A stretch of DNA of 64,000 nucleotides. Origin: Ramazzottius varieornatus (taxonomy: Eukaryota; Animalia; Tardigrada). The stretch lies in contig BDGG01000001.1 in assembly GCA_001949185.1 (NCBI GenBank), positions 7,576,149-7,640,148 of the forward strand. The letters are read 5' to 3'. Below are positions 9,700-22,800 of the stretch, in pieces (the stretch's first letter is position 1; every line of letters begins with the position of its first letter). The notes below the pieces were generated by a model. The model did not search any database, was not told the DNA's origin, and saw only the letters and a program-made list of their open reading frames with translations. The translations under genes and the position numbers were made by a program.

Positions 9700-11078
9700 T
9701 TAAAGACTGAACTCTCGGGAAGGTGAGAGAGCTTTAGGAGACGAGTACTTTCGCCACGCTGCGCCACCATTTAGTTTATTCACGAACGCATCACCTGCCG
9801 TCGTGGTCACAGAAAAAGCGATCTCACTGAGCAGGAGAAGCTGCCCGTACTGCCGGCATATACGAGTATACTGCTTCCTGGAACCAGATACACTCAGATG
9901 AACAGAGTTACTAAGTACTAGTAGTTTGTTCGCCGTATCAAACCTTACCGTAGACAGTCGACCAATTTGGTGGCGACTCCACTTCGCCGATGTTCGGCTG
10001 CCACCCACAGAAGATAGACACCACACATGGTCTTGGGAAGACTCGTTGGTGTGTCAGGAATATCCATTGCGCTCCAGGTCGAATGCGAAGAGACTTCCTC
10101 GGCAGCCAGACAGCCAACAACGACGTTCTTCGGACCGGAAGTGTCCAAGTAAAACAACACAACATCTGTCGCGGTCTCTAAATACATCATTTCTACCGAA
10201 CCAAAATCTTTCTCCACGACCCGCAGGATATTCTTCACCTAAAAGACATCAAATCGGGCTCAGTATTCAAAGCTTTAGACATAAGCAGATAGAAGAAAAC
10301 CATTTACTCCGGATATTTCGTTGGTAGGCTTCTTCGGGGTGGCGCAGTGTACGAACGCTATATCTGGGGTAAGGGGTTGCATGCAATTCATCTGCAACGG
10401 AGACTAACATAAGGAGCAGGAAACGGAAGAACCCGCGTTTCTTTGGACGAGAAAAAATACAGGCATTCATCAAATCGGGGCAAACAGACCCGACAGATCA
10501 TTTATCAAGTGGCGTATGCTTTCAGTCAATACGACTAAAATTTGCGCCACTGGGGAAACAATCGTGGAGAGATTGTTTGCCGAGCTTAGAATACTTTGCG
10601 CATCAGCGTCAGTTCCGAAAGTACATTTCCATGCTTCAGGCACTCTCGTTGATGTAGAACGTTGTCCATTTCATCGTCCGGATCGTAACACAGCCCGCAG
10701 TTGCTACACAATCGCGGACCACATTCCTTCTGTCCTGCATCCTGCAACACGATAAAGAGAAGTCAGAAGTGACAGGACGGAAAGCAAACAAGATAACGAC
10801 GACAATGTCGTTGTCCAATATTGACTGCCGTTGGTCACTCATTGGTCAAATGAGATGGGTGAACTTCTCACGATAATGTGCTGATTCTTCCGTTTCTCTG
10901 GTGGAGACGACGCATCTGATGGACGCTTCTTCCAGGCACTACGACCACCGGACGAAGGAGAAAGCGCAGCTTGGGCCAAGGCTTTGATGCTGGACTTCTT
11001 GTTCATGAACTGGGTAAGCTTCGTCTGCTGCTTGGGGCTGATTCGCAGGCCATTCTTCTTTGCCGATACATCGGCCAT
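9700..11078 (-). CDS. ESCO2: ESCO/Eco1-family cohesin N-acetyltransferase (~5 exons)
   Basis: QHII|DAGQKECGPRLCSNCGLCYDPDDEMDNVLHQREC zinc finger; VVGCLAAE; CGVYLLWVAAEHRRSGVATKLVDCLR; IAFS..T.AG; N-terminal PIP-like QTKLTQF. Confidence 0.85.
10474..10588. repeat. Intronic GGCGCAC palindrome family copy (ESCO intron)
   Basis: AAGTGGCGTAT...TGCGCCACT; arm GTTTGCCGAGCT. Confidence 0.75.
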
Positions 11079-11548
11079 TTTCTCCACTTTATCCTATTCC
11101 GAAAGAGAGCACCACATTTAAGAATATTAATTTTGTTTCCACATGGAGAAACTCCAGGTTACCTTCAATAGACGACCGATGAATCCCAGTCTTTTCTCCA
11201 GATATTTTCGAGCAACCAAAGATAGTACAAAGCTTCAGCTTCAGCTTCCGTACGTACTTACCGGATGCCTCTCCAGGATCTGGAAGGTAACGGAGTAAAC
11301 TATAAACTGTGAGGAAGTTGTCAGGAACGATGAAGTCCGCTGTCAAATTTCGAGATAAGACAGACTAAAGTTCAAAGTTGGCTCAGTTCGACTTCGATAT
11401 GTATCGAAACAATCAACACTTTCCCGCGCAATGCCACGTCGTGCTCTGAACCAATTCTAAAGTACCGATCTAGTGGGACAGTTTTGGGTCCGGGTGCGTG
11501 CAAAATGACTGGCCGGTTGATGGGTGAGATATTTGGTAAACGTGTGTA

Positions 11549-13171
11549 CACGCAAGACGAGAAATTATGGTACAGTAAAAATTGTGGGACACGGACGGCT
11601 AGGGTTGTTAACGGATGGATCAGACAGTCATCCGGATGGGATCAGACGCCGATCCGGATCGATCCGGAAAGCAGTCGGATGGATAGAACTCCCATCCGAA
11701 TCAGTTGCCGATGGATGGGTCTCCTATCCGGATGATCCGGATCTTACCCGGTTAAAAACTCGAAGCTTGGCTTAGAGACTTACCGATGACAGTGCTAAGG
11801 TTGTAAATTCCAGGCCCAATACCCTTGGAGCGGAAAATAGGAAAGGCATTCCTAATATTCCTATATTCTTTCTTTCTTCTCCAGAAGGTAAGGTTGTAAA
11901 TTCCAGGCCGAATGCCCTTGGAATGGAAAATAGGAAAGGAATTCCTAATATTCCTGTGTTCCTATTTCCTTCTCCAGAAGGTCCTCGCAAAAATCTGGAA
12001 TTCCGAAGTCCCATTTGCCATTTCAGTTCTTTTTACATACTGCAGATATTCGCTGCGTCCACGCAGTACGTGACGATGCACCCCCGTAGGGGGTTGCGCA
12101 GTCCTTGAAACCGGACCGGGGCTGTACTTCACTTGTACGATAACGTACTCCGCGGAAGCAGGGAATATCTACAATACCCATCTAAAACAATAACAAACAA
12201 TAAACAAGTCATCAAAAACATTGGTTTTGAGACTGAAAGCCAGCTGGAGATTGGCCGATCCGAACTTTCGGTTTTGTCGGACCTGAAAGTCCAAGGGAAA
12301 ATCGAGGACTTAAGTATAGTTGAATGCGCCGCAAACTTTAGTGCGACGGATCGAAAATGCTATTGGCCGTTCAACTGAACGACCAATAGGCTCAGTGGTA
12401 CGCATGTGTGAGCCAGCATCGGGTTCAGGTTTTCGACAGGATCTGCTGGATCTTCGACTGTTTACCTCGTGGAACTCCTGAATTTCCTCCGATTTTGTTT
12501 TCCAAATAGGAATTCCACCGTTCCAAACGGCTACCCCTTGGAACGGAATTCTAGAAATGGAACGGAATGAGAAAAGGAATGGAAATAGGAATTTATAACC
12601 TTAGATGACACAACGAATTATAATTCGTAGGTTTCGACATGCTGTGTTGCCGGACAGCACAGACGATACAATTAAATAATCCTCCGTCAACATTGTGTGG
12701 CTATATTCGAAGATTAAATCCCAAGACTTCAAATAATAAGACAGAGATTGTGTAGACAAAACTAAGCTCAAAAGACAAGCTTGTAGGGAGATTGCGAATT
12801 TCTGTCGGATTACCCGCTGGGGTATTGAACTGCTTGATTGCGCGTTAGTTGTTTTGGTTCTATCCCGATAGATAGCCGGATGGATGAAACTCATCCAGAT
12901 TCCATCCGGATGGATAGGATCTCTATCCGGTTAACAACTGGATGGATAGATTGCCCATCCAGTCCGATTTCTAACCGGATTCATCCGGATCCATCCGATG
13001 TCGGATTGGATATTACCACCCCAAGGACGGCGAAATGCGAAATCGACCGTGGAAAAAGTATCGAAAAATGAATTACTGTGAATCGGTCGCGTATGTACGT
13101 GCTTCCGTACCGCCGTAGCGAAAAGGCCTGTACCATGATTTTTACCAAGCCATAGTTTCTCGTCCTGCGTG
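11549..13171. mobile_element. TA-flanked CACGCA-terminus DNA element with nested insertions
   Basis: TA|CACGCAAGACGAGAAA...TTTCTCGTCCTGCGTG|TA; related termini at 48943-49385 and ~225-238; internal GGAT/ATCC-rich arms at 11600-11760 and 12870-13020. Confidence 0.7.
11796..12603. mobile_element. MITE with TAAGGTT(G/A)TAAATTCC TIRs; left end tandemly duplicated (~93 bp)
   Basis: TIR at 11796 and again at 11889; reverse-complement GGAATTTATAACCTTA ending at 12603. Confidence 0.7.
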
Positions 13172-13187
13172 TACCGATCAGCTGATA

Positions 13188-14212
13188 TAGCGCTAGCAAA
13201 AATACGATAAAATTCGATACGATACTTTCCGATACAATATCGGCGGATATTTTATTGCGGTTTTCGATATTCATTTGATATCGATACAGTCTAGTCGCTC
13301 GAGATGTGTACATCGCTCTTCGATTTTAACTTGCCACCAGCCAAAAATTTACTGTTTAGCTTGCAAAAAACAAACGAAAGTGACGTTAAGAGGCTACGGC
13401 CAATAAATTTAAGCAAAGATCAGCTACCTGCTTTCTACCATATGGAACGCACCAGCTTTGTGGAAGCATTTTTCGTATAGTCGAACTATTAACTTCTGAC
13501 CATGCCTTCACAATCCATTTGACCGAATGCAGAACTGTTAGGGATCTTTCATATTCCTCGAGGTTCTGGAAGTTCTCTCTGTTTTCGCAACAGGATGCCT
13601 TTGTTACGTGAATGAACAAACAATCAATAAGGGCTATGGCGAGCAGTCTTGCGCTCACTATGATTTCGCAGTTTTGAAATCAGAAAGCGATGTACGCATC
13701 TCGAGCGACTGGACTGTATTTCGATACGATATTTTTTCGATACCGTATTTTCGATATATCGTATCATATCGCAGCGATATATCGACATTACTGGAATTTT
13801 AGTTTTTCAGAATTCCACTGGTTCAAGTCCAAAAACTCAAGAAGCCGATTTCCACATAAAGTATTAGTAAGATCGAAAGCGCCGGATGCACCAAAGACAC
13901 GACTATACTCAGAGTTCAAACACATGGAAACGTGGACAGAATTAGTACCAGAACCGAATGGGCGGAGTGTGCTCAGTACACTATGGCCAAAATCAAGTTT
14001 TGGAATCAACCATGGTCTTCTGTAAACGAGATATCACTGGCGAGTTTGTCATTCAGCAAAATATCGATATATCGAAAATATATCGATATGATGCGATACG
14101 ATATCGCCGAATATTTTATTGCATTATTCGATCGCGAAGATTCGCATATTTCATCGCGAAGATTCGATATATTTCGATACGATATCGATGTACCGTATCG
14201 TTGCCAGCACTA
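13188..14212. mobile_element. hAT-like element with CGATA/TATCG-rich subterminal repeats
   Basis: TIR TAGCGCTAGCAA / TTGCCAGCACTA; degenerate 8-bp TSD AGCTGATA / AGCTAATT. Confidence 0.65.
13430..13660 (-). pseudogene. pogo/Tigger (DDE_1) transposase C-terminal fragment
   Basis: LTVLHSVKWIVKAWSEVNSSTIRK, frameshift, then CFHKAG; matches the AWxxVxxxTIxxCFxKAG motif. Confidence 0.7.
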
Positions 14213-14429
14213 AGCTAATTGATAGACATCACACATGAGATCGAATCCTGCAAGTTCCGGCCAGTCTTTTTCCACGCACCCAGATCCAAAACCACCCCAC
14301 TAGATCCGATCGCCTAAGATCGGTACTTTAAACTTTATAGTACGTCACAACTTGTGCACGAGGAAGGACAAAACTTTATTAACCTCGACGATTCAGTCGA
14401 CGACCTCCCTGATGTTAAGAGGATCAAAG

Positions 14430-15370
14430 TCTACTCAGTAACCGAAACAGAGTCACCCGGTTGATCAGGAACGAGTATCGTTATAAAGATCGATCCTTCA
14501 GGTTCGAGACAACAAATAGATCCGTTTGGAGTGGCAGCTGCATATACTAAAGGATAATTTATAACACACAGCGAGAAAATATGGTTAGCCGTTCGGTTCA
14601 CTGTTATAGACCGAACTTCCAAGGACTGATGAGATGTTGGACGACCAGTTCTCGGCTCTCAGGACAAGGTCCACATCAATAGCGAAGACTCCGATGCGAC
14701 CGACCGTGGAAGACTAAGTGTCATCAGGGCCAACGGGAACTATTCGGACAAAGCGAGACTTCACTCCGATGCCTTGCACGAAATCTTTCAGTTGGTCAGC
14801 GGTTACGTGTCTCGGACACCCCGAATGGCGAAATCACGACCCGGCGGTCCCTTGGCTCGCAGCGAGTTGGCTGTTGTACTTTCTTCATCAGCCTTGTTCG
14901 TAGCTCTTACAACAGCGCGGTCTGCTTTTCGCCGGACAGCAGGGTTCTCGGATGGTTGGAATCTCTGCGCAGCAACGGCAGCAAAGGTTGAAGTGGTGAT
15001 AGCTTTGACTGGGGAAACTAAGGACGTTGCGGTGGCGGTAGCCTGGTCACACTGGGGACACTAGCCTTGGTGGCAGGAGGCTCACATGGCAGGACAGGCA
15101 GCCGTTCGGTGATATTTTCCAGCAAGGACAATCTTTCCAAGATGGATTCCTGGCTTACCTGTAGAGCTTTGACGGTCTTCTGAAGCTCCAGCTCGTCTTC
15201 CTGTAGGGTATCCCTCTCGAGATAATCATGCCTCAATACTTCAGCCATCCCTTCCATAGGCGTGTTGTATCTTTTCAGGAGCTCATCCTCGGTCCCGACG
15301 CAAGATAGCTTCATAAATTTTAGATATATTACCAGCTGCTCTTTCGAAGGAGCAGATGATAATAAACAGA
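14430..15370 (-). pseudogene. Degenerate ORF, possibly a retroelement ORF1 remnant
   Basis: Helical SKEQLVIYLKFMKLSCVGTEDELLKR, a coiled coil ELQKTVKALQVSQESILERLSLLE, then a low-complexity region; interrupted by stops. Confidence 0.3.
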
Positions 15371-15497
15371 TGACAAACAAACAGAATAAAAAAGTATAAA
15401 ATAAATAATAGCAAAATAAACAGATGATTATAAGCCGATGATAGCAAAATAATAGAGAGATTAAATTACCACTCCCGTTCACTTTGCAACTGTAGCT

Positions 15498-15893
15498 TAG
15501 AGCACTGGGCAGCAGATCCAAAAGTACGCTGTACGCTGTGCTGTGCTGCATAACTTTCACGCCCAGTGGCTAAGCAGCTGTGCTGGAAATGCACGTTGAC
15601 CTGGTGCAACTGCGCGGAACGCTCATATATTGACGTGGTTTGTAATTCAGTCGGCGAAATCGGTAGTCAACCTGGAGAACGTTACCCTGAAGTGCGGCAA
15701 AGCTGAGACGGGTGACGTTCGAATACCCAAAAACTGTAATTTTTGTTAGGTTTTGGTAGGTACATCTGCGCGGTAGTCTATGGCTTTCTGCTGTGCTGTG
15801 CCACAAATTTCGTCAGTTTACGCGCTACAGCTGTGCTGTGCTGCAGCACAGCTACACTGCAGTACTGTGCATGCGGCCAGATTCCGTGCTCTA
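15498..15893. mobile_element. hAT-type MITE, copy 2 (inverted relative to 2013-2392)
   Basis: Same TAGAGCAC TIRs and colinear internal sequence. Confidence 0.85.
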
Positions 15894-16153
15894 CAGTGTG
15901 GCTACGGCCTTGCTCCGCCCCTTTCATGACGTGTAACTACATTTTGCTTTCCGGTGCTCCCCTTATTTTCGAAAAATAGCGTAATTGGAGTCACGATTGG
16001 CTAGCATTGGGAAGCATGGTGGCTGCCGAACTATTCAAAGTTGTGATCGGCTGCTGCGCTTATGGGTGACGTTGCAACTCATCTTAGGTACAGTGGGACT
16101 TTCATCTGGCGGTGGCAACTTAATGTCTGTAATGTCTAGACAACTGTATGATC

Positions 16154-16324
16154 CGGTCCTGCGGAGGTATTTAGCTCGTTTAGCTCATTTCGCCTTTCTT
16201 TTACGAGGTTTTTACAAAAAGCTGATCCAGGCTCGTGCGCTGCGCAACCCTGTTTTGCGTTTTCGTAGCAAAAAGGCAGATTTGGCTCGCGAGCTAAAGC
16301 GAGCTAAATAGCTCCGCAGCTCTG
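16154..16324. mobile_element. Small hAT-type MITE
   Basis: Inverted arms CTGCGGAGGTATTTAGCTCGTTTAGCTC / GAGCTAAAGCGAGCTAAATAGCTCCGCAG; 8-bp TSD GTATGATC. Confidence 0.8.
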
Positions 16325-16893
16325 GTATGATCCCTTCCGTAGGACCGCCTGGTTCAGGGCGGCATTCCCGCTACGGCGTATCCGATTCGAGGCTTCATTT
16401 TACGTCAATGGCCTTGATTGGAGGGATGCAGTCATGCAGATCTCGGAGATTGCATTCAATTCACTGCCGTTGCCCTCATCCATCATCATAGCAAATTTGA
16501 CTTTGATTTTCATTCCTAACATTTAATGTTTTCTTCCGCCCTTTGGGCTCAGAAGCCTTATCTGAAGCCGATCGCAAGAAATTCACGGACGAGGTTCATC
16601 TGCAGGAAGTTTCGGAGGGAACTTCGTGTTCATTAGTGCTGTAGTTGAGTATCGTCGCCGCAGCGGATGTTATCTAGATTGCCGCTCCACTAGGAATCTT
16701 CCCGCAGAGTGTCTATTTGTGCAGTCACTGGTACACCGGTAAGCTGTGTGCTTGTAGGCTTTGTCTTACGGAGTAAAGATTGTAAGTTCCGTTACCCTGT
16801 GTAGAAGAATGTAGTCGTAGACGATTTTGTATCACGTGTGCTTGTAAGAGGAGTGGATTTGATTATCTACATTTTCTGGTTTAGGTAGGGAGA

Positions 16894-19800
16894 ATGGCAG
16901 AAATCCGGAACGCAACGCAATCTCCGGATCAGATTGTCAAGTATTTAGAGCTGGAGAAAGATGACTTCAAAACGGAGACACTGTATCGACTTCACAAAGG
17001 TAAGTGCCTAAGAATTGTTACTTTCGCACCAGCTGAGGAGTTGGTCATATGACGATGGTGCAGAGGAGGATTAGCCCTTTTTCTACAGGCTTTGCTCTGG
17101 AATTTCGAAGTGGAACCAGCCTCTTCGGAACGAAGTACAAAGTCTTCACAAATCATCCGCTGGAAGGTAGCCGTGGTTTTGTCCGAGGCGACTTCCACGC
17201 ACTGGAATGGCAGAGTACCGTGCAATCAGCCGACGAGACAGCTTTCTTCGCCCGGATTACCATGCGCATCGCAGGATCATTCGAATACTACTACGAGGAC
17301 GAAGAAACGTAAGAATATCATCTACCAAAACCCATATCCATTACACACGTCACATCTTTTCATTCTTGCTTCTTGGGAGCCGGCAAACAAAATCGACAAG
17401 ATTGCTTTCCTCAGTGGCGCAAGTTCTGTCTGTTGATACCTGCAAGCGTGCGCCGCTTGAAATAAACTCAACAAGATTGTCTCAAGTGGCGCACGTTATC
17501 AGGCTACAGTATATATTGTGTAACACCGGCCACGTGCGCCACATGGGAATATATCATCTTGTCGGAACTGCTTGCCAAGCTCATATTGGATTTCGACGGA
17601 ATTATTTTGTGAACATTGTGGATCATAATCACTGACTTGATCTTCTTATTGTCATTCAGAAATCAACGGTTGGGGCACGGCTACTTCGTCGTCAACCCCG
17701 AGCTTAAGCTAGCCAGAGGTGCGTCTGGCGGACCGGAAGTCCTCCCTCTGGACTCCGTGGTCCTCCAGACCGTCATCACGAAGCTGCTTGGCCCGCTGAC
17801 GGAATGGGAATCGCGCCTCAGAGTGGCCTGGGAGACGGGATACAACATGATCCACTTCACTCCGATTCAGGAACTTGGCTCCTCCAACTCGGCTTACGCA
17901 CTGGCCGACCAGCTGAGAGTCTCCTCCAAAATAGCCAAGTACAAACAACCGACATAAGTCTCGAATAAACATTGACTGATGTGTATTTCTTTCGTAGATC
18001 GCTGGACGAAGTTGCAGCGTACATCCAGGGTCTCTACAAGAACCACAACGTTCTTTCGGTGATCGACATAGTCCTGAACCACACATCGACGTCCAGTCCG
18101 TGGTTAAAAGAGCATCCGGAAGTTGGGTACAACATGGAGAACAGTCCCCATCTGAGGTCGGCGTTCCTTCTCGATTATCTCATCAAAGAACTGTCCGGCG
18201 AGATCGCTGCCGGAAAACACGCGTCCGCGGGACTTCCGGCGAACATTACCGCCGGAAGTCAGTTGAACGTACGTAACGGAGAGCCCGGCAAGCAAACTCA
18301 ACCATATCGTTCCTGACATGGCGCACTTTCCCAGCAATATCACTGGAAACGTGCGCCACTTGAAGCAGAAATCTGGCTGGGTCCGTTGCCGAACTTCCCG
18401 TCTTTATCTCGGAGTTTGACTCAGTGTTTTCCCAGCTGATATGTCTTTTTTTCTATGCAGAAAATTAAGCAAATTCTCTGGGAACAAAAGATCGCCCCGG
18501 CTAAGCTGCATGAATATCACTTGGCGGATACCAATAAAATCGTCGCGGAATTCAAGGAGAAAATCAAAGAATACAAACGTAAGCGGGAATCTGATTCGGT
18601 TTGAATGTAGTTCTGTTGGTATGGGTTTTGTTCCAGCGATCGACAAGAAATACCAAGGAATTCGCGAGCTTGACTTACTCCCCGGAACGCACAGTCGATT
18701 CGGCGCTACGGTGGACCTCGATGCAGCTCGAGCATACTTCCATGCACCAACGTAAGTTTTTAGTCTACCGCGACGAACGATTTTCACGAAATGGGAGAAA
18801 CAAACTGAGATGGACAACTTTTGTGTTGTTGGTTTAGGTCGGCCGATCCGAATGATCCGAACAATTGGAAGATCGATGACGCCGCCAACAAGCTGAAAGC
18901 GTGGTTGGATCGTGAGAACGGAAAGAAGTACGAAGCTGTGCAGAGTCACCTCAGCGCTGCCCTGAACTGCATCGCTGCTGGTGTCCACTACGAGCGTCTG
19001 GAACAAGGTGGACCACGCTATGGAGCTGTCACGAACGAACATCCCTTGATCGCCGAGTAAGGTCGAATTCTAATCCCTTCTTTTGTTTCACTCCATGTCT
19101 TTCGCGCACCTGCATATAAGTCATTGCTCAACATCAAGCGACGTGGTATGCAGGGGCGTGAGAGAAAATATGGACGCCCTTCATATACCTGCATACAGAT
19201 GTTATGGCTTGGACAACCGTTGGTGGAGAATGCATGTGCGTGAGATTCGCAGTTGGCGGAGTTGTGTCGGCAGCTTGTTTCTACGAATCCGCGAGGAGCT
19301 TTTTCTACGAATTTTATCACTAAGGATTGTGTCATCGTTTAGGTACTTCCACACGTTTGAAGAGTTTAAGAGTTTTGAAGAAGCGGAAGCAGCCGTGACG
19401 GATCCAGCTCGCGGGCGGATGATCATGGCCCACAACGGGTGGGTCATGAACTTCGACCCACTGAAGAACTTTGCCGCGTCCGACTGCAATGTCTACTTGA
19501 GGAGAGAGCTGATTCCGTGGGTGGACAATGTCAAGCTCCGCTTCGGTGATAGCCACGAAGATTCGCCGTACCTGTGGTCCAGAATGAAGGACTATGTCGT
19601 GCAGATGAGCTCCATCTTCCACGGTGTGAGGCTGGATAACGCGCATTCAACGCCCATCCAAGTTGCTGAGGTATGATGGGATAGTCTGCGGAGCTTGTCT
19701 GGCGTTGTTTGACGGGCTGTTGTTTCGTAGTATATGCTGGATCAAGGACGAGCTGTCAATCCTGATTTGTATGTGATCGCTGAGCTGTTCACCGGAAGTG

Positions 19801-22800
19801 AAGGTCGCGACCATGTCTTCGTGAACCGACTTGGAATTACCTCATTAATACGCGGTACGTTCCACCTGTCCTTTTGTATTTTATTGTTGCTTCTTCCGGT
19901 TTTTGAAATGGCAGAAACTCGCAAGTGCGAAAGGCAGTGCATTGAATCAATAGTTTGTGTGTGGTAAAAAGCCAAGTGATGCTGTCAGAAGGGATTGCAT
20001 TCATTTCTTTAATGATTTTTAGAAGCCCAGAATGCACCTGATTCGCATGATTTGGGTCGACAAGTTTATCGGTTTGGAGGCGAGCCTGTTGGTTCCTTGG
20101 CGCATCTCAAAGTGGATCGCCTTCGTCCATGCATCGCTCACGCTTTGTTCTACGACCAGACGCACGACAACCCCAGCCACATCCAGGTATACTTTCGCAG
20201 TTCACAATCTATGATTTTTTGCGCAATGCAAATATGGTATACTCGCTATCTTTGCCGTCCGTGCAGAAACGCTCACTGGCAGATGTCCTCCCGACTGCCG
20301 CCTGCACCTCAATGGCTTTCGCTGCTTTGGGAAGCACTCGCGGTTACGATGAACTAGTCCCCTACATGGTAAGGCTTTCTTCGTGTTTCCGTAATTCAGT
20401 AGAGTGATTCTGATGGTGTTTCTGTTTGCAGATTGACGTGGTGAAGGAGAAACGGTTGTACCGGAAGTACGCCGAACAGATCGGTAACGGGGACAACAAT
20501 GACAGTGTGGACCTTCGTACGGGTATTCTGTCACCAAGACAGGAACTCAACCGAGTTCACCATCTGCTGGCTTCCAAAGGCTACTCGGAGGTATGAGCAC
20601 CAGCATAAAATTCTCAGGGTGTTTTCTTCTCGTGTTTTCCTCTTGGAAGATATCGACTGCACATATCAGACTTCATCTACCTGCATACTTTATCATAATC
20701 ATCAGTGTACGCACTGGTGTATGCAGGGTGCTTCCGTCATTCCTCATCCACTGTACGTTGTAGCTTATGCTGATGCCGGTGTATGCAGGTTCTTTCTTGT
20801 AGATTTACGTGGATCAAATGGACCCAAACACGATCGCCATCACACGACACAACCCCAGTGACCACTCCTCCTACGTCTGTGTTCTCCGCAACGCCTTCAA
20901 CAAGCCGCCTGTCGAGGCGTTCGAGCATGCGCCGTACTTGCGCCCGTTAGAAGTTGAAGGTGTACTGGAAGAGATCGTTCTGGAAGGCTATTTGGACATC
21001 AAGGGTGAACCACAGTTCCAGGAAAGCCAGGCCAACATCACGGGATACTGTGACCAGTACGAACTGTACTTTGCCAAGGGGATCAAGTTCGAGGAAAGTA
21101 GACTGCTGGAAATTAATGAGGAAACACGGAAAGCGACGCATAAACGCCAAATCGGGTTCAAATACTTCCCACCGGGTGCTGTCCTTCTGTTCCGGTAAAT
21201 GTTCCGTTGGGGTTTTTCCAAGTGGCGCACGTGCGCCACTTAGACAAACTCGACGAGATCATTTCTCCAAGTGGCGTATACTTCCAGCTAAAGATATTGA
21301 CAGCGTGCGCCGCTTGGAAAAGCAATCTTGTCGGGTTTGTCTGCCGAGCTCCGATCTGATACAGAATTTTTTTCTACATTCTGGACTCTGTAGGATAAGT
21401 ATGGGAGACAAGCCGACAGCTTCGCTGAAGAAAATCGTCGAACTGATGGATAAGGCTTCTCGACACAGGTTGGCAGAGATATGCAGAGGTCTGACGCTGG
21501 CTGACTTCAACCGTATTCTGTTCCGAACGGCCGGCGAAGAATACGATGACGGCCTTGGCGGTGGCACGTATAATATTCCAAAGTACGGCGATCTACCGTA
21601 CTGCGGATTACAAGGTAGCACATAGTAAATCTGCTTGACTATTACTTTATTGGAATTCTCTTGTTATTGATTGTAGCTTTCCGAACGATGGTCGAGAAGG
21701 TCCGTAAGACGAATGATCTCGGTCACCCATTCTGCGAGAACCTCCGCGCCGGAAACTGGATGATGGAGTATTTCGCGAACCGACTACGCTATTACGCCAG
21801 CACAGTTCCGGTAAGCGTTTGATATCTTAAAATTTGGGAGCTCGGTAAAGAAAACCGACCGGATAAATATTTCAAGTCGCGCACGTCCCAGTATTATTGA
21901 CGGGAACCGTGCGCCACTTGACGAAACGATCTCGTCGGGTTTATTTGCAGGCTCCCATTTTTCGGCCCGTAATACTTGTCGACTTCACGAACGCTTTTTG
22001 TACAGCTTGCTGACTGGTTTGACGCCGTTTTCAACGAGGTGAAAGCAATGCCTCGGTTCTTGATACCACAATACTTTGCGATGGTGGTTACCAAAGCCTA
22101 CAACGTTATTGTTAAGTCTGCACTGGAACGTTTTGGCCAGTAAGTCTTGCTTCTTTGTAGACTCATGAAATAGTTGAACGAAAATTGAGGTGCAGGGTCG
22201 GCGTTGTAGGAATGTAGCCAATGGCTCAGCGTTCACCATGATGTTGGCCCTTGGCACCTACCAAATGTGCGGTGTGGTACTTTCGAGCAAGATGCCACCG
22301 CTGTCTCCGGCCTTGGCGCCTCCGCTCCCTCCAAAGATCAAGCTAGTAGGAAGGGACGAGGAGATTAACGGAGTAGTCAGTATGGCCGCCGGACTTCCTC
22401 ATTTCACCAAGGGATGGGCACGCAACTGGGGAAGAGATACCTTCATCTCCATGCGCGGGTTACTGTTACTCACTCAACAGTTTCAAGAAGCCAGGTAACT
22501 GACCGTCACTTCCTACCGATTCATCCTGGATATTTTAACGGGATGGTTCGCGCAGGCATATCATCTTGGCTTTCGCTGGTTGTCTTCGTCACGGCTTGGT
22601 TCCCAACCTCTTGATGGAAGGTCCAGGTTCGAGGTTCAACGCGAGAGACGCAGTGTGGTTTTGGCTGTACTCCATTCAGACATACGTGACGATGGCGCCG
22701 GACGGTCATAATATTCTGAAAGATCAGGTTTCGAGGCTATTCGTGAATGATGATGCTCCCCCTGCCGACCCGGGAACCCACGTAAGCTCTTTGGATTGTG

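Larger units (their letters stand above)
11458..14330. mobile_element. Outer TIR element enclosing a nest of MITEs
   Basis: TAAAGTACCGATCT...GGGTGCGTG...GACTGGCCGG (11458-11516) mirrored at 14258-14330. Confidence 0.7.

Noticed and set aside
11484-14218. Many 60-110-aa ORFs
   Set aside because: They arise from low-complexity MITE subterminal repeats; only the pogo fragment has a real motif
17930-18000. Apparent stop codon or non-canonical donor in AGL
   Set aside because: A canonical GT at GCCAA|GTACAA restores the frame into the next exon
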